From positions 13,020,001 through 13,084,000 of the forward strand of contig JBHGNT010000007.1 of NCBI GenBank assembly GCA_043228905.1: a DNA stretch of 64,000 bases. The letters are read 5' to 3'. The stretch comes from Azolla caroliniana (Eukaryota > Plantae > Polypodiophyta). Made by a program: the position numbers and the translations under genes. This document shows, one piece after another, positions 37,459-50,965 of the stretch. Numbering within the stretch: position 1 is the first letter of the stretch; each line of letters opens with the position of its first letter. The notes under the pieces were generated by a model. The model had not been told where the DNA came from. It was given only the letters and a program-made list of their open reading frames with translations, and did no database searches.

Positions 37459-40400
37459 TGTTGGGATTACGGTCCCTTCGGATGGGATGGTCGGATGTCG
37501 GAGATGAATGCCGACAAGCCCGGTTTCGGTTTCGGAACCGGATGATGAAGACCCCGGCTTCGGAGCTGGATGACGAATGTACCCGGAGCGAGATCCGGAT
37601 GCGGGGACATATCTGTGAATATGTTTGCCAAGGGCCCTTGAGGCTATAGTTGTAAATAGCCCCAAAGTCATATGTGTATAAATATGACTTAGGGCAAACA
37701 GTTTTAAGTGTGCTACTCATTTTTCTGTTTTTCCACTCAAGAGGAGTGAAGAGAGAGCAGCCGTGAGAGAGAGAGATAGAGCGTGAGAGAGGAAGAGGTA
37801 GACGCCTCTGTGTATTTCCGCCTCCTGTGGCGAGGACAACGAGCTCAAGGTCGTCGCCTTGCAGCTCGCCATTGCATACTTCTCTGTGCATAGTATTGGT
37901 TCGGAGTCTTGTACTCCCGTGGTTTTTTCCCGTACAGGGTTTTCCACGTTAAATCGTGTGTCCGCTTATTTCCCATTTTCTACAACAACGATTCGTGTGG
38001 TTCCTTGGTTGTGGCCGAGAAGTGACGATTATTGCTCATCAATTTGGTATCAGAGCGGGCTGCTGCAGAAAATGGAAGGCGGCGGCAGCGGGCAGCCGGG
38101 GATGATGGTGCTGAATGCGCAGAATTACGCCGACTGGAAGATCAAGATGGAGGATCTTCTGATAGTTCGGGACCTGTACGAACCGATTGACAGGTCGGAA
38201 ATACCGAAAGGGGTACTTGAGTCGGAATGGAGCCTTCTGAACCGGAAAGCCGTTGCAACCATTCGGCAATACGTCGACGTGAGCGTTCTACAACATGTGG
38301 CGAACGACACCAACACATATGAGATGTGGCGGAAGCTGTCGGGCCTCTACGAGAGGAAGAATGCGTTGAACCGGACCTCCCTGATGAGGAAGATAGTGAA
38401 CCTCAAGTACCGGGACGGCGAGAGTATGGTGGAACACGTAAGCACGTTCATGGGATTCGTGAACCAGCTTGCGGCGATTAAGTTCCCGCTGGAGGATGCA
38501 ATGCAAGCCATCATTCTGATGTGTACATTGCCGGAAAGCTGGGAGAACTTGGTGGTGACTCTCAGCACCTCCTGCACCGAAGATAACTTGTCCCTACAAA
38601 CGGTAAAGACAAGTATTTTGAACGAAGAAGCGCGTCGGAGAGATAAAGAACCGGCCTCCGATCCGAAGATGCTGTTTACCGAATCGGATCGGGGAAGACA
38701 ATGGAACCGGAGTCCGCAAAGACGGGAGAAGTCGGGGACCCGGTCGCAGTCAAGAGGAAGACCCACATGCTTCCACTGTGGGAAGCCGGGGCACTTCCGG
38801 AAGAATTGTCGGCATTACCGAAAGGACAACGGAATCGACGACATCGATTCGAAGAAGTCACCGGAGAGAAACGGTGCATACCGGGGAGCCACGGACCGGA
38901 GAGGTCCGGATCGGCGAGGGCAGGACCGGAAAGGAACGACGGCACTCGCGGCAAGTGAAGAGGAAATCATGCTCATCACCGAAGAAGGTGAACTAAACAT
39001 TGCCGGCGATGAGACGACCTGGGTGGTCGATTCCGGAGCATCGTTCCACCTGACCCCGGAGAGAAGATACTTCTCATCCTACACAGCCGGTGAGCATGGC
39101 TGTGTTCGGATGGGAAATGAAGGTACGTGCCGAATTGCTGGCATAGGAGACGTGTGGTTGACAACCCCGATCGGATGCAAAATGCTGCTGAAGGATGTCC
39201 GACACGTTCCGGAGGTTCGTTTGAACCTGATTTCGGCCGGGAGGCTAGACGATGAAGGCTACACAGGTAGCATCCGGAACGGCGTAATGAAGTTCAGCAA
39301 GGGGAGCCTGATAGTGGCTCGGGCCCGGAAAGTCAACACACTGTACCTTATGAATGCCTGGTTGTGTCCGGAAGAGTTGAACGTGGCAGCCGACACTGCC
39401 GGTGAGCTGTGGCACAAGAGACTGTGCCACATGAGTGAGAAGGGGATGAAGAGGCTTGCAGAAGACAACCTTATTCCAGTGAAGCATGTGCACCTGGAGA
39501 AGTGCACCGATTGCCTGGCCGGTAAGCAGAACCGAACCTCCTTCCACTCAAGGCCACCGACGAGACGTAGCGCACCATTGGAGTTGGTGCATACTGATGT
39601 GTGTCAGGTAGAAACGAAGTCACATGGCGGAGCCCAGTACTTCGTAACATTCATTGATGATCATAGCCGGAAGCTGTGGACGGCACCGTTGAAGACAAAG
39701 GACCAAGTGTTGTGCGTCTTCAAAGAACTCCACGCGAGAGTGGAAAGGGAATCGGCAAGAAGCTGAAAGCGATATGAGCGGATAACGGAGGGGAATACCG
39801 GGGGCAGTTCCAGGAGTACTGTCGCTCGAAGGGAATCCGGCTCGAGTTTACTGTGCCGAAGACGCCGGAACTAAACGGGCTGGCCGAAAGGATGAACCGG
39901 ACCATAATGGAGAGGGTCCGGAGTATGCTGGCGCATGCGGAATTACCCAAGGGGTTTTGGGCTGAGGCGATGTCGACGGCGACATACGTGATAAACAGAT
40001 CACCCTCAGTACCTCTGGACGGAGACACGCCGCAGAAAGTGTGGACCAGTAAGGAAGTGTCCTACCGGCATCTGAAGGTATTCGGGTGTCTTGCATATGT
40101 GCATGTGGCAAAGGACCGGAGAGGAAAGCTAGATCCAAAGACCCGGCCATGCATATTCCTCGGTTATGGCGACGGTGAGTTCGGCTACCGAGTATGGGAC
40201 CCGGTCGACAAGAAGATATTCAGGAGTCGAGACATCATCTTCATGGAGGACAAGACACTCGCCGACTGGGAGGCGGAGAAGAAGATGAAGAGCTCCAAGT
40301 CAACCGGTGAGGATCAACTCTACGAGGAGCAGTCCCGACCGGCAAGGGACCGGTTAGCACTCGAGGATCCGGCCGAAGACGGTGAAGAAACAGAACCGGC

Positions 40401-42737
40401 CGAAGAAGATGAAAATGATACCGGAACCGGCCCCGATCCCGAAATGGATTCGGATGAAGAAGAATCGGAAGAACCGGTTACCGAAGCTCCGGAACGGAGA
40501 TATCCTCTAAGAGAGAGAAGGGCCCCCCGGAGATTTCCGGAACCAGAGCACGTGCTGCTAACCGACGAGGGGGAGCCGGAGAGCTTTGAAGAAGCAAAGC
40601 ATGACACCCAGAGCCGCAGGTGGTTGAGTGCCATGCAGGACGAGATGGATTCCCTGCATGAGAACCACACATATGAACTTGTGGAGTTGCCGAAAGGAAA
40701 GCGGGCACTTCGAAACAAGTGGGTGTTCAAGCTGAAACCGGGAGATGCCGGAAACCCCCCGAGATACAAAGCCAGGATCGTGGTGAAGGGGTTTCAACAG
40801 AAGAAGGGCGTCGACTTCGACGAAATATTTGCCCCGGTAGTGAAGATGACCTCCATCCGGACGGTGCTGAGCATAGCGGCAAGCATGGACCTCGAGGTAG
40901 AACAGATGGACGTGAAGACGGCATTCCTTCACGGTGACCTCGAAGAAGAGATCTACATGCAGCAACCGCAAGGATTCGAGAAGAAAGGGAAGGAGCACCT
41001 GGTATGCCGGTTGAAGAAGAGCCTTTACGGACTGAAGCAGGCTCCCCGGCAATGGTACCGGAAGTTCGACTCCTTCATGACCGACGAAGGGTACCTCAAA
41101 ACGCAGTCCGACCACTGCGTGTTTGTGAAGAAGTTCGAAGGAGGAGACTTTCTAATACTCCTCCTGTACGTGGACGACATGTTGATCGTCGGACGGGACC
41201 AGGTCAAGATACGGATGCTAAAGAAGGCTCTTCACCGAACCTTCTCAATGAAGGACTTGGGTCCGGCGAGGCAAATACTAGGGATGCACATCATCCGGTA
41301 CCGGAAGAAGAAGCAGTTGTGGCTGTCACAGGAGAAGTACGTGACAAAGGTGCTTCACCGGTTCAACATGTCGGAAGCAAGACCGGTCGGGTCAGCACTC
41401 CCGACAAACTGCAAGCTTTCCAGCAAGCAAAGCCCCAAGACAAAGGCTGAGAAGGAGGACATGATGAAAGTACCATATGCCTCTGCCGTCGGGAGCTTGA
41501 TGTACGCGATGGTGTGTACCCGACCGGACATAGGATACGCAGTCGGAGTGGTGAGCCGGTACATGAGCAATCCCGGCAAAGAGCATTGGAACGCGGCCAA
41601 GTGGATACTCCGATACCTGAAGTGCACGGCAAACGTGTGCCTCCGATTCGGCTCCGGTAAGCCCGAACTCGACGGTTTTACCGATTCGGATATGTCGGCT
41701 GATGCAGATACCAGCCGGTCCACATCAGGGTATGTGATGACGTATGCAGGGGGAGCTGTTTCATGGCAGTCGAGGCTGCAGAAGACGGTTGCGCTGTCAA
41801 CCACGGAGGCGGAGTACATGGCGGCTGTTGAAGCCGGCAAGGAAATAATATGGATGAAGGACTTCATTAGAGAGCTCGGTATCCGGCAGGAGGAGTACCG
41901 ACTCTACTGCGACAGTCAGAGTGCAATCCACCTTGCGAAGAACGCGGCCTATCACTCCCGGACGAAGCACATCCAGCGAAGATATCACTGGATCCGGGAA
42001 AGGATAGAAGACAAGGAGTTCGTGCTGACGAAGGTCCACACGGACGAGAACGGGTCGGATATGCTGACCAAGGTGCTCACACCCGACAAGCTGGAAGCAT
42101 GCCGGACGAGGATCGGATTGGAGAGACATCCCATGCCGAAGTGAAGGGGGAGTTTGTTGGGATTACGGTCCCTTCGGATGGGATGGTCGGATGTCGGAGA
42201 TGAATGCCGACAAGCCCGGTTTCGGTTTCGGAACCGGATGATGAAGACCCCGGCTTCGGAGCCGGATGACGAATGTACCCGGAGCGAGATCCGGATGCGG
42301 GGACATATCTGTGAATATGTTTGCCAAGGGCCCTTGAGGCTATAGTTGTAAATAGCCCCAAAGTCATATGTGTATAAATATGACTTAGGGCAAACAGTTT
42401 TAAGTGTGCTACTCATTTTTCTGTTTTTCCACTCAAGAGGAGTGAAGAGAGAGCAGTCGTGAGAGAGAGAGATAGAGCGTGAGAGAGGAAGAGGTAGACG
42501 CCTCTGTGTATTTCCGCCTCCTGTGGCGAGGACAGCGAGCTCAAGGTCGTCGCCTTGCAGCTCGCCATTGTATACTTCTCTGTGCATAGTATTGGTTCGG
42601 AGTCTTGTACTCCCGTGGTTTTTTCCCGTACAGGGTTTTCCACGTTAAATCGTGTGTCCGCTTATTTCCCATTTTCTGCAACAACGATTCGTGTGGTTCC
42701 TTGGTTGTGGCCGAGAAGTGACGATTATTGCTCATCA
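37459..42737 (+). mobile_element. Young full-length Ty1/Copia (B), same family as A
   Basis: TSD CTACT at 37454-37458 and 42738-42742; 583-bp LTRs 37459-38041 and 42155-42737; PBS tggtatcagagc 38045-38056; PPT gaagggggag. Confidence 0.97.
38072..42144 (+). CDS. gag-pol: Copia B polyprotein with a frameshift (~39753) and a CGA>TGA stop (~39775) in integrase
   Basis: ORFs of 635 and 763 aa, nearly identical to Copia A. Confidence 0.95.
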
Positions 42738-42970
42738 CTACTGTACTAAACTATGGTACTAGCTAATTAGCTAAGTGGTAGTAGCTAATTAGCTAGCTAA
42801 TTAGCTACCACCTAGCTAATTAGCTACTCAGGTAAAGTATGGTAGTAGCTAATTAGCTAAGTCATAGGTAATTAGCTATTGTACTAAACTATGGTAGTAG
42901 CTAATTAGCTACTGTATTGAACTATGGTAGTAACTAATTAGCTACCACTTAGCTATAGAGCTAATCAGTA
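42738..42970. repeat. TAGCTAATTAGCTA palindrome array, right part
   Basis: Same motif as 37020-37458, split by Copia B. Confidence 0.9.
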
Positions 42971-43335
42971 TGCCTTTTTTATTACACAAGTCGATTTATT
43001 TATTCGGTTCAGGCGAATGCATCCAAATATCAAAGTTGAACTACGAACATTCGAGTCTCTTAAGCCACACTTTGTGAGACACTTGAAGGATCGATCCACA
43101 TGTTGTTGCATTTACCATCTACAAATGGGTTTTCTCAAGGACTCTGTTAATCTACTACGTCACCATAGCGCCTCCCTAACTAATGCAGTTTGCACTTGTG
43201 AGTGCCCACTTTGTCGATTGAGCCCGCCTGAGCACTGTAAATCATCTAAGCATGAGTTGTCTTTTAGATTCAATATTGTGTCTGAGACAAACCATCTTCC
43301 ACAGTCATAAATGTGTCATGGGTTTATGTCAAGAT

Positions 43336-46300
43336 TGAAGAGAATAGCGTGGAATATAGCTCAGCCACAACCGAGTAATGAATCACTTCAATGAGACTCA
43401 AACACAGAAATGGGAAGTGGAGAGTACACAAAGGGAATACACAGGATGTTTACGTGGAAAACCCAAATAGGGTAAAACCACGGGAGCCCACAAACTCCAA
43501 CTATCACTATAGGACAAAGGTACAACAATAAAAGCCTCGGAGGCAACGACCTCGTGCTCTATATCTTCGCCAACCGGTGGTTACAATAGAGTATCTCTCT
43601 ATATCTCACACACTCTCTCTCTGCCGCTCTCTCTATGCTACAATATGACAATAACAACAACAACATTACAAAGTGATTGCCCTAAGTCATATTTATATTT
43701 ATGTGAACTTAGGGCTATTTACAAATATAGCCTCAATAGGCTTACTCAAAACATATTTACAAATATGTCTTCTCTTCCGGTTCTCACCAGGTCCTCTTTA
43801 TTCATCACCGGATCCCATCCGAAGAAAACGATTTCACAACAATCTTCCCCTTCACTCCGGCATGGGATATCTTGTTAGCCCGATCCACTTTCGGCATGCG
43901 TTCAACTTGTTGGTTGTCAGGACCTTGGTCAACATGTCTGACCAGTTCTCCTTCGTGTGGATCTTCGTCAGCATGAACTCTTGATCTTCTACGCTCTCCC
44001 GGATCCAGTGGTACCTCCGCTAGATATGTTTCGTCGGGGAATGGTAGTTCTTTGCAAGGTGGATGGCACTTTGACTGTCACAATAGAGTCGGTATTCCTC
44101 CTGTTGGATCCCTAGCTCTCCGATGAAGTCCTTCATCCAGATTATCTCCTTGCCAGCTTCTACAGCTACCATGTACTCCGCCTCTGTGTCTTCGACAGCC
44201 TCAACTGCCACGAAACAACTCCCCCTGCATAAGTCATGACATATCCGAATGTCAACCGACTTGTATCCGCATCAGCCGACATATTTGAATCCGTGAATCC
44301 GTCAAGTTGCAGATTACCAGAGCCGAACCGGAGGCACATACTCGAGGTGCCTTTCAAGTTAAAGAGTATCCACTTGACCGCGTTCTAATGCTCTTTGCTG
44401 GGATTGCTCATGAACCTGCTCAACACTCCGACTACATATCTGGTATCCGGCCGGGTACATACCATTTCGTACATCAATCTCCCGATGGTAGAGGCATATG
44501 GTATCTTCATCATATCCATCTTCTCCGCCTTTCTCCTCGGGCTTTGTTTTCCGGATAGCTTGCAGTTTGCCGGAAGTGTCGATCTGACCGGTTTTGCCTC
44601 CGACATGTTGAACCATTGGAGTACCTTTGTCACGTACTTTTCCTATGACAACCAGAACAACTTCTTCGACCGGTCCCGGATGATGTGCATTCCCAATATC
44701 TGTCTTGCCGGCCGCAAGTCTTTCTTCAAGCTTTCTGGCTCCCCCTCATCGGTTAGCAACACATGCTCTACATCCGGAAATCTCTGGGGGGCTCTTCTCT
44801 CTCAGAGAGGATATCTCTATCCTTCGTTTCAGATGGTTGGTCCCTCCATTTGTTCCTCATCCAAATCCTATTCGGGATCTTGTTCGGTTCCGGTGTCTTC
44901 TTCTTCTTCTTCTTCTTCTTCTTCAGTCGATTCGGTTTCTTGTCCATATTTGACAGGTTCGTCGAGTGTCATCCGGTTACTGCCTAGCATCCGTTTTTCA
45001 ACCGGGTAAGTCCTTGTGTCCTCAAGCCGGTTTTCATTGAATGATCCGGATTTCATCACCTTCTTCTCCAAATCCCAGTCGACAATGGTCCTGTCTTCCA
45101 TGAAGACTATGTACCGACTCCGGAACACCTTCTTCTCAACCAGATCCCACACCTGGTAACTGAACTCATCATCGTTGTTTCCAACGAATATGCATGGCCT
45201 AGACTTCGGATCCAACTTTGCTCTCTTGTCCTTTGCAACATGCACATATGCGAGACACCCGAACACCTTCAGATGCCGGTAAGATACATCTTTATTGGTC
45301 CATACTTTTTGAGGTGAGTCTCCTCCCAAGGGTGTTGAGGGTGATCTATTTATCACATTGGTTGTCGTCGTCAACGCCTCAACCCAAAACGTCTTGGGTA
45401 ACTTTGCATGTACTAGTAGTATGCTCTGGACGCTCTCCATTATGATTCAGTTCATCCTTTCAGCCAGCCCGTTTAGTTCCGGTATCTTCGGCACAGTAAA
45501 CTCGAGCCAAATTCCCTTCGACCGGCACTACTCCTCGAACTGCCCCTAGTATTCTCCTCCGGTGTCTTCTCGAACCGCCTTCAGCTTCCGACCGGTTTCT
45601 CTTTCCACTCTTGCATGGAGCTCCTTGAAGACGGATAGCACCCGATCCTTCGTCTTCAATGGTGAGACCCACAACTTCCAGCTGTGGTCATCTATGAACG
45701 TCACAAAGTACTGTGATCCGGCATGTGGCTTCATGTCCACTTGACACACATCGGTATGCACCAGCTCTAGTGGTGCATTCCATCTCATCGGTGGTCTTGA
45801 CCGGAAGGAGGTTCGGTTTTGATTGCCGTCCAAGCAATCAATGTGCTTCTCATGTTCCACATCCTTAATCGGAATGAGGTTGTCTTCGGCAAGCCTCTTC
45901 ATCCCCTTCTCACTCATGTGACATAGTCTTTTGTGCCACAACTCACCGGCAATGTCGGATTCTACGTTCACTTCTTCCTGGCATATCCGGGCATTCATCA
46001 AGTACAGTGTGTTCCGACAAGGTTTAACTCATTCTCCTCGGTAATGAGCATCACTTCTTCTATACTTGTCACGATTGCCGACATTCCTTTTCCGATCCGA
46101 CCCTTTCTGGTTGGAACTATTCCGGTTCGAACTCTTCTTCGAATCAACACTATCAGTTCCTTTCTCTTTTCAGAAGTGCCGACAATTCTCGTGGAAGTGT
46201 CCTAGCTTCCCGCAGTAGAAGTATGTGGGCCTTCACCTTGACTTCGACCTCGTCCCCAACTTGTCCCGGTTTTGGGGACTCCGATACCGTCCTCTTCCCC

Positions 46301-47224
46301 GGTTCAAGTCATCTTCTGTGACCAAGGTCTTCGGATCAGTTCTAGAATACCGGTCCTTCCGACGAGCTTCTTCATATACCAAGCTTGATTTTACCCTTTC
46401 TAGGGACAACTGTTTTCCTTCCGGCCCGACGTTTCCCAACGTGACAACTAACGTCTCCCAGCTATCCGTGAGGGAACCGAGCAAGAGCAATGCGAGTACC
46501 TCATCGGCAAGAGGTACTTCCAACGAGGTTTCCTAGTGGATTAGTCCCTAGAAGAAATTCATGTGCTCCGCCATACTGGAGCCATCGTGGTACCGGAGCA
46601 TCACTAGCTTCCGGAACACCGAAACCTGATTAACATCATTCTTGTTCTGGAACATGATGCCGATCTTCTCCCAGAGTTCATGAGCCTTGCTCTCTTCATT
46701 GAAGTTGTTGTACAAGCTCATGTTCATGAAGCACCGAATGTATGCCGTTGTCTTCATGTGCATCACCTCCCACACTGTGGCGTCGATCTTATCCAGTCTC
46801 TTGTCCCCGAACTAAACCAACAACCAAAGATCTTTAACCACTAGCATATCCCTCATCTTCGACTTCCACACTGAGTAGTTGGAGTCGGTGAGCTTGAACA
46901 TGCTGCCGAACGATTCTTCCATTTCCCGTGTTGTTCGTTCTTATACCAGTTTGAAGAGAATGGCGCGGAATATAGCTCAGCCACAGCCGAGTAATGAATC
47001 ACTTCAATGAGAATCAAACACAGAAATGGGAAGTGGAGAGTACAGAAAGAGAATACACATGATGTTTACGTGGAAAATCCAAATAGGGAAAAACCACGGG
47101 AGCCCATGGACTCCAACTATTACTATAGGACAAAGGTACAATTAGAGCCTAGGACGCAACGACCTTGTGCTCTGTATCTTCGCCAACCGGTGGTTACAAT
47201 AGAGTATCTCTCTATATATATATA

Positions 47225-47255
<31 letters not shown>

Positions 47256-47526
47256 CTCTATGCTACAATATGACAATAACAACAACAACATTACAAAGTG
47301 ATTGCCCTAAGTCATATTTATACTTATGTGAACTTAGGGCTATTTACAAATATAGCTTCAATAGGCTTACTCAAAACATATTTACAGATATGTCTTCTCT
47401 TCCGATTCTCACCGCCTCTCTTCTAGTTCTCACCGGGTCTCCTCCGGTTTCCGAATCTTTTCCGGTTTTCACCGGGTCCTCTTTATTCATCACCGGATCC
47501 CATCCGGAGGGACCGATTTCCCAACA
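43336..47526 (-). mobile_element. Ty1/Copia (E), related to X, internally deleted
   Basis: TSD AAGAT at 43331-43335 and 47527-47531; LTRs 43336-43841 and 46952-47526; degenerate PBS 46941-46948; PPT 43842-43852. Most of RT (junction ~44722) and the protease (junction ~46013) are deleted. Confidence 0.93.
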
Positions 47527-47771
47527 AAGATTGTGACCCTAGTAGATTTAGGTGGTGTCCAAATGAATTGAGTAGTGAAATATTAATCTTTGTCAAGTTA
47601 TTTGAGTCAGTTGACACCAATTTCGAAGGAAAGGTGTGTAAAAGAAAGGATCTAGTTAGGAATTCTCTTAAACCAAGGGATTTGGCATCCCTATTTGTAG
47701 TATCTCTAGGAAAGTTCAGTAAACACAACTTCATTTATTCATGGCAAGCCCATCAGTTTAAGACTTGCATA

Positions 47772-49830
47772 TCAGTTTAAGCCCATCACCTCAGTAGTGG
47801 CTTCCACGTCAGCCGCATCTTGCGCTAGATTTTCCAGTACATTGGGATTTGTTTGGACATTATCAGTAGTTGGGCTCAGTGGGGTGGAATCAAGGTTTTG
47901 GGATTCAAAGAAATGTTGCATCAAGTGTTCAAAAACACTATTGTTGTGAACCTGATATTTACATGTTGTTTCCCATATTTCATCGCTTTTCAAATCGTTG
48001 CCTAATTCAGTACCAGCTTCCAAAAGAATAGGGTGGACCGAATCTGAAGGAGATGTGATAGTAGGACTCTTACTTTCAGCCGCGTTGGCAACTATCTCCT
48101 GATTAGTTGCCGCGTCATCAGCACCAAACATCTCATGCGCCCTCCTTAATCCACAAGATTCTACAACAACATGGTCATGTTTACATCTTAGCTAACTAGC
48201 TATTCTTCTAGACTATGACAATAGCTAATTAGCTACTACTGAGCTAATTAGATACTTCACTTAGGTATGGTACTAGCTAATTAGCTATCACTTAGCTAAT
48301 TAGCTACTCTTTGTCAATATGGTAGCAACTAATTAGCTACTCTACTAAAGTATGGTAGTAGCTAATTAGCTACTCAACTAAAGTATGGTACTAGCTAATT
48401 AGCCAGTATACCTAAAGTATGGTAGTAGCTAATTAGCTACCACTTAGCTAATTAACTACACGTTAGCTAATTAGCTACTACACTATGGTCACAAGCAACA
48501 ATTTTACCTATTAGTTTTCTCCACTAATTTGGGAGAGTTGTACACAATCCCCCAAACAAAATGCAGCAATGTGATAGGCATATTGAAAACAAACGATACG
48601 GTATGTGTGCTGGCATGGTTGTAGGTGAACCAATAGAGTAGCAGATTTGTCCTCTACACGTAATCCACAAGCGATGCAACGTGCTTGAACAATCAATATA
48701 TCATTTTCTAGTTCTCCTTCATGTGTTAAGGGAGCAAGAATGTTCAGGTCCAATTCTTGTCTACTTCGTACCAGATTCCCCTCCGCAAAATGTAGCTACT
48801 TCTTAAGGCAGCTAACTACCTGTTCTTGATGGGAATCTTGTTCCTTCAACGCAGCCGATAAATTTACCGATAAATTACTCCTTAATGAGGAAGATAGAAC
48901 AACAAGAAACAAGAATCATTAACTTACCTATAGCTTGTCCAAATATTAATTTGCGATAGTATTTACACCTAGAAGGTCCAAGTTCATTGAAAGAACTTGG
49001 ATCTCCGTCTGTAGTTGAATTTTCTGTTGGGGATCCAGCGACCCCTCAATTTCAAGCTCATGTTGAGCAACCTGTTCCAGATAATGGCTCACTAGCACAT
49101 TTTCATGTACAAGTTATTTATAACATATTACATACTAGCAAAACAATAGGTATCTGAATCTTATTTCTGATTGTTGTAACTGCCAAAGTGACTTTGCTCG
49201 GCATCGCCGCAGCCAATGTTGCTTTCTCTAAATCAGTCTAAAAAAACTCCAATGTCTCACAAGCTTCATGGACATTTTTTAGCATATAGCTAATCAATGT
49301 CTCACCTGTATCATTGACATTGGCTTTCATTGTGTGTCGGCGTATACTTGCGGGTTTGTTGGGAGTCGGCAGATGCATCATCAACTGCCATGCTCCAAAA
49401 TCTTGCCATGTTTTGTAGCAAGATCCCCAACTTCCAACATCTTTCTACCGATGCCTCACCATAAATTGCCCAAGCTACCCTGTACATTTCAGGGTCACAA
49501 CATTCCTTCGTTGTTTTGCAATACTCGTATGCAAAAGCTCTGGCAAATGAAACAGACAACTCGTTGTTGACTGGGATCTCTTGATGTACTTTCAGGTGCA
49601 GTCTCATGCAGTCATCGTACAGGTTCGGTCATACATGCTTGAGCTTGAACTTGTCTTTCACTCTAGGCACTTTATATACTGACCTCCAGTCTACATCACT
49701 AATCAATCTATCTGTTAGAACAGGAGGGTGAGTACCCTTGAGCCATAGACCATATATGTTGTGAGAGTCCTCCTTTGTCTCGCAAAATTTTGCGAAGTTC
49801 AGTACTCTAGGATAGGGAAGAACAAGGCAC
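47772..49830 (-). pseudogene. Second, convergent spliced gene of the DNA transposon; RING-like Cys/His cluster
   Basis: Fragments MRLHLKVHQEIPVNNELSVSFARAFAYEY...VAWAIYGE (49311-49607), RCIACG...LQPCQHTYRIVCF...FCL (48511-48753) and an acidic tail (47772-48131), separated by intron-like gaps. Confidence 0.5.
48185..48490. repeat. Third TAGCTAATTAGCTA array
   Basis: Same palindrome and ctaaagtatggtag spacer, between coding blocks of the second gene. Confidence 0.9.
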
Positions 49831-50702
49831 CTGAAATAGAAAATCAGTAATCAGAATTGTTGCAAAAACATAATTTTTAATATGAATTTGGTACAAAATT
49901 ACAACACTTTGAGATAGTAATCTTAAATTTGTAATCTGTCCTTTTCAACATGTATCAGAAATCAACCACTTCAAAAATCAAAAACCCTAATCAAATTTGG
50001 TGCAAAATTACAACACATTGCGACAGTAATCTGAAATTTGTAACTAGAAACTTGTAATCTGAAATTTGTAATCAGAAACCCTAAACCACTTAAGGGAAAC
50101 ACAAACCCTAATCATCACTAAAGGCATAAATCAACCATACTACAAAATTCTATCAATAAAAAACACACTTGCTACTACACCCCGATCTTCGAGACATCTT
50201 GCTTTGGGAGTCCAACGACTTCGCCCTATTCGATTTTTGGGAAAGATGAACAGGCACCAAAGTTACAGACAGTTATCAAAAAGGAAAAAAAAAACTTGTT
50301 TAATATGTAACTGATACATACTTCGACGAGGATCGACTTGGTCGTGAGTTGTAGCTCTGAAGTGCAACGTCGATCTCAGAGTTTTTGTGCTATTGCGGGA
50401 GCTTCGTCTACATTCATGCTCAAAGTACTCCATCTGTTTGGAGTTTGAACTCGAACTCAGGATTATGAGGAATTTGATGACATTCAAGTCGAGCTTAGAT
50501 GATGGCACTATTCCCCATGTTCCACTACGTCAGAAACCAAAGTTCAAATATTTGAGTATTCTCATAAATAAAATGACATGCATTTAACTAATCAAACATA
50601 AAATTTCGTAAACCATCCTTATGATTTTCCCACAAAAAAACTAGCTAAAAAAATAGAAAATTCGCTATAATAGTGTTTCCAATCACATGCTTTTACCCTA
50701 CT

Positions 50703-50936
50703 TTCTTCATTGAAGTTGTTGTACAAGCTCATGTCAATGAAGAACCAGATGTATGCCGTCATCTTCATGTGCATCACCTCCCACACTGTGGCGTCGATCT
50801 TCTTATCCGGTCTCTTGTCCCCGAACTGAATCGGCAACCAAAGATCTTTAACCACCAACATATCCCTCATCTTCAACTTCCACACTGAGTAGTTGGAGCC
50901 GGTAAGCTGGAACATGCCACCGAACGATTCTTCCAT
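50703..50936 (-). pseudogene. gag: Copia X gag N-terminus
   Basis: MEESFGGMFQLTGSNYSVWKLKMRDMLVVKDLW. Confidence 0.9.
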
Positions 50937-50965
50937 TTCCTATGTTGTTCTCTCCGATACCAGAT

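Larger units (their letters stand above)
36234..47771 (+). pseudogene. Sola2-like transposase, N-terminal half, in pieces at 36234-36980, about 42990-43335 and 47532-47771
   Basis: FWTNESRVSPNKK...HPIHLLD; HPNIKVELRTFESLKPHFVR...STCCCIYHLQ; CVMGLCQD|CDPSRFRWC (joined across the AAGAT TSD)...KHNFIYSWQAHQFK. No DDD catalytic core seen. Confidence 0.7.
35018..50698 (+). mobile_element. Sola2-like TIR DNA transposon, internally deleted, containing Copia B and E
   Basis: Imperfect ~23-bp TIRs (GGGTGAAAGCATGCGAGTGGAAA / GGGTAAAAGCATGTGATTGGAAA); 4-bp TSD TACT at 35014-35017 and 50699-50702. Removing it restores Copia X gag to the length of its homologue at 46681-46707. Confidence 0.85.
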
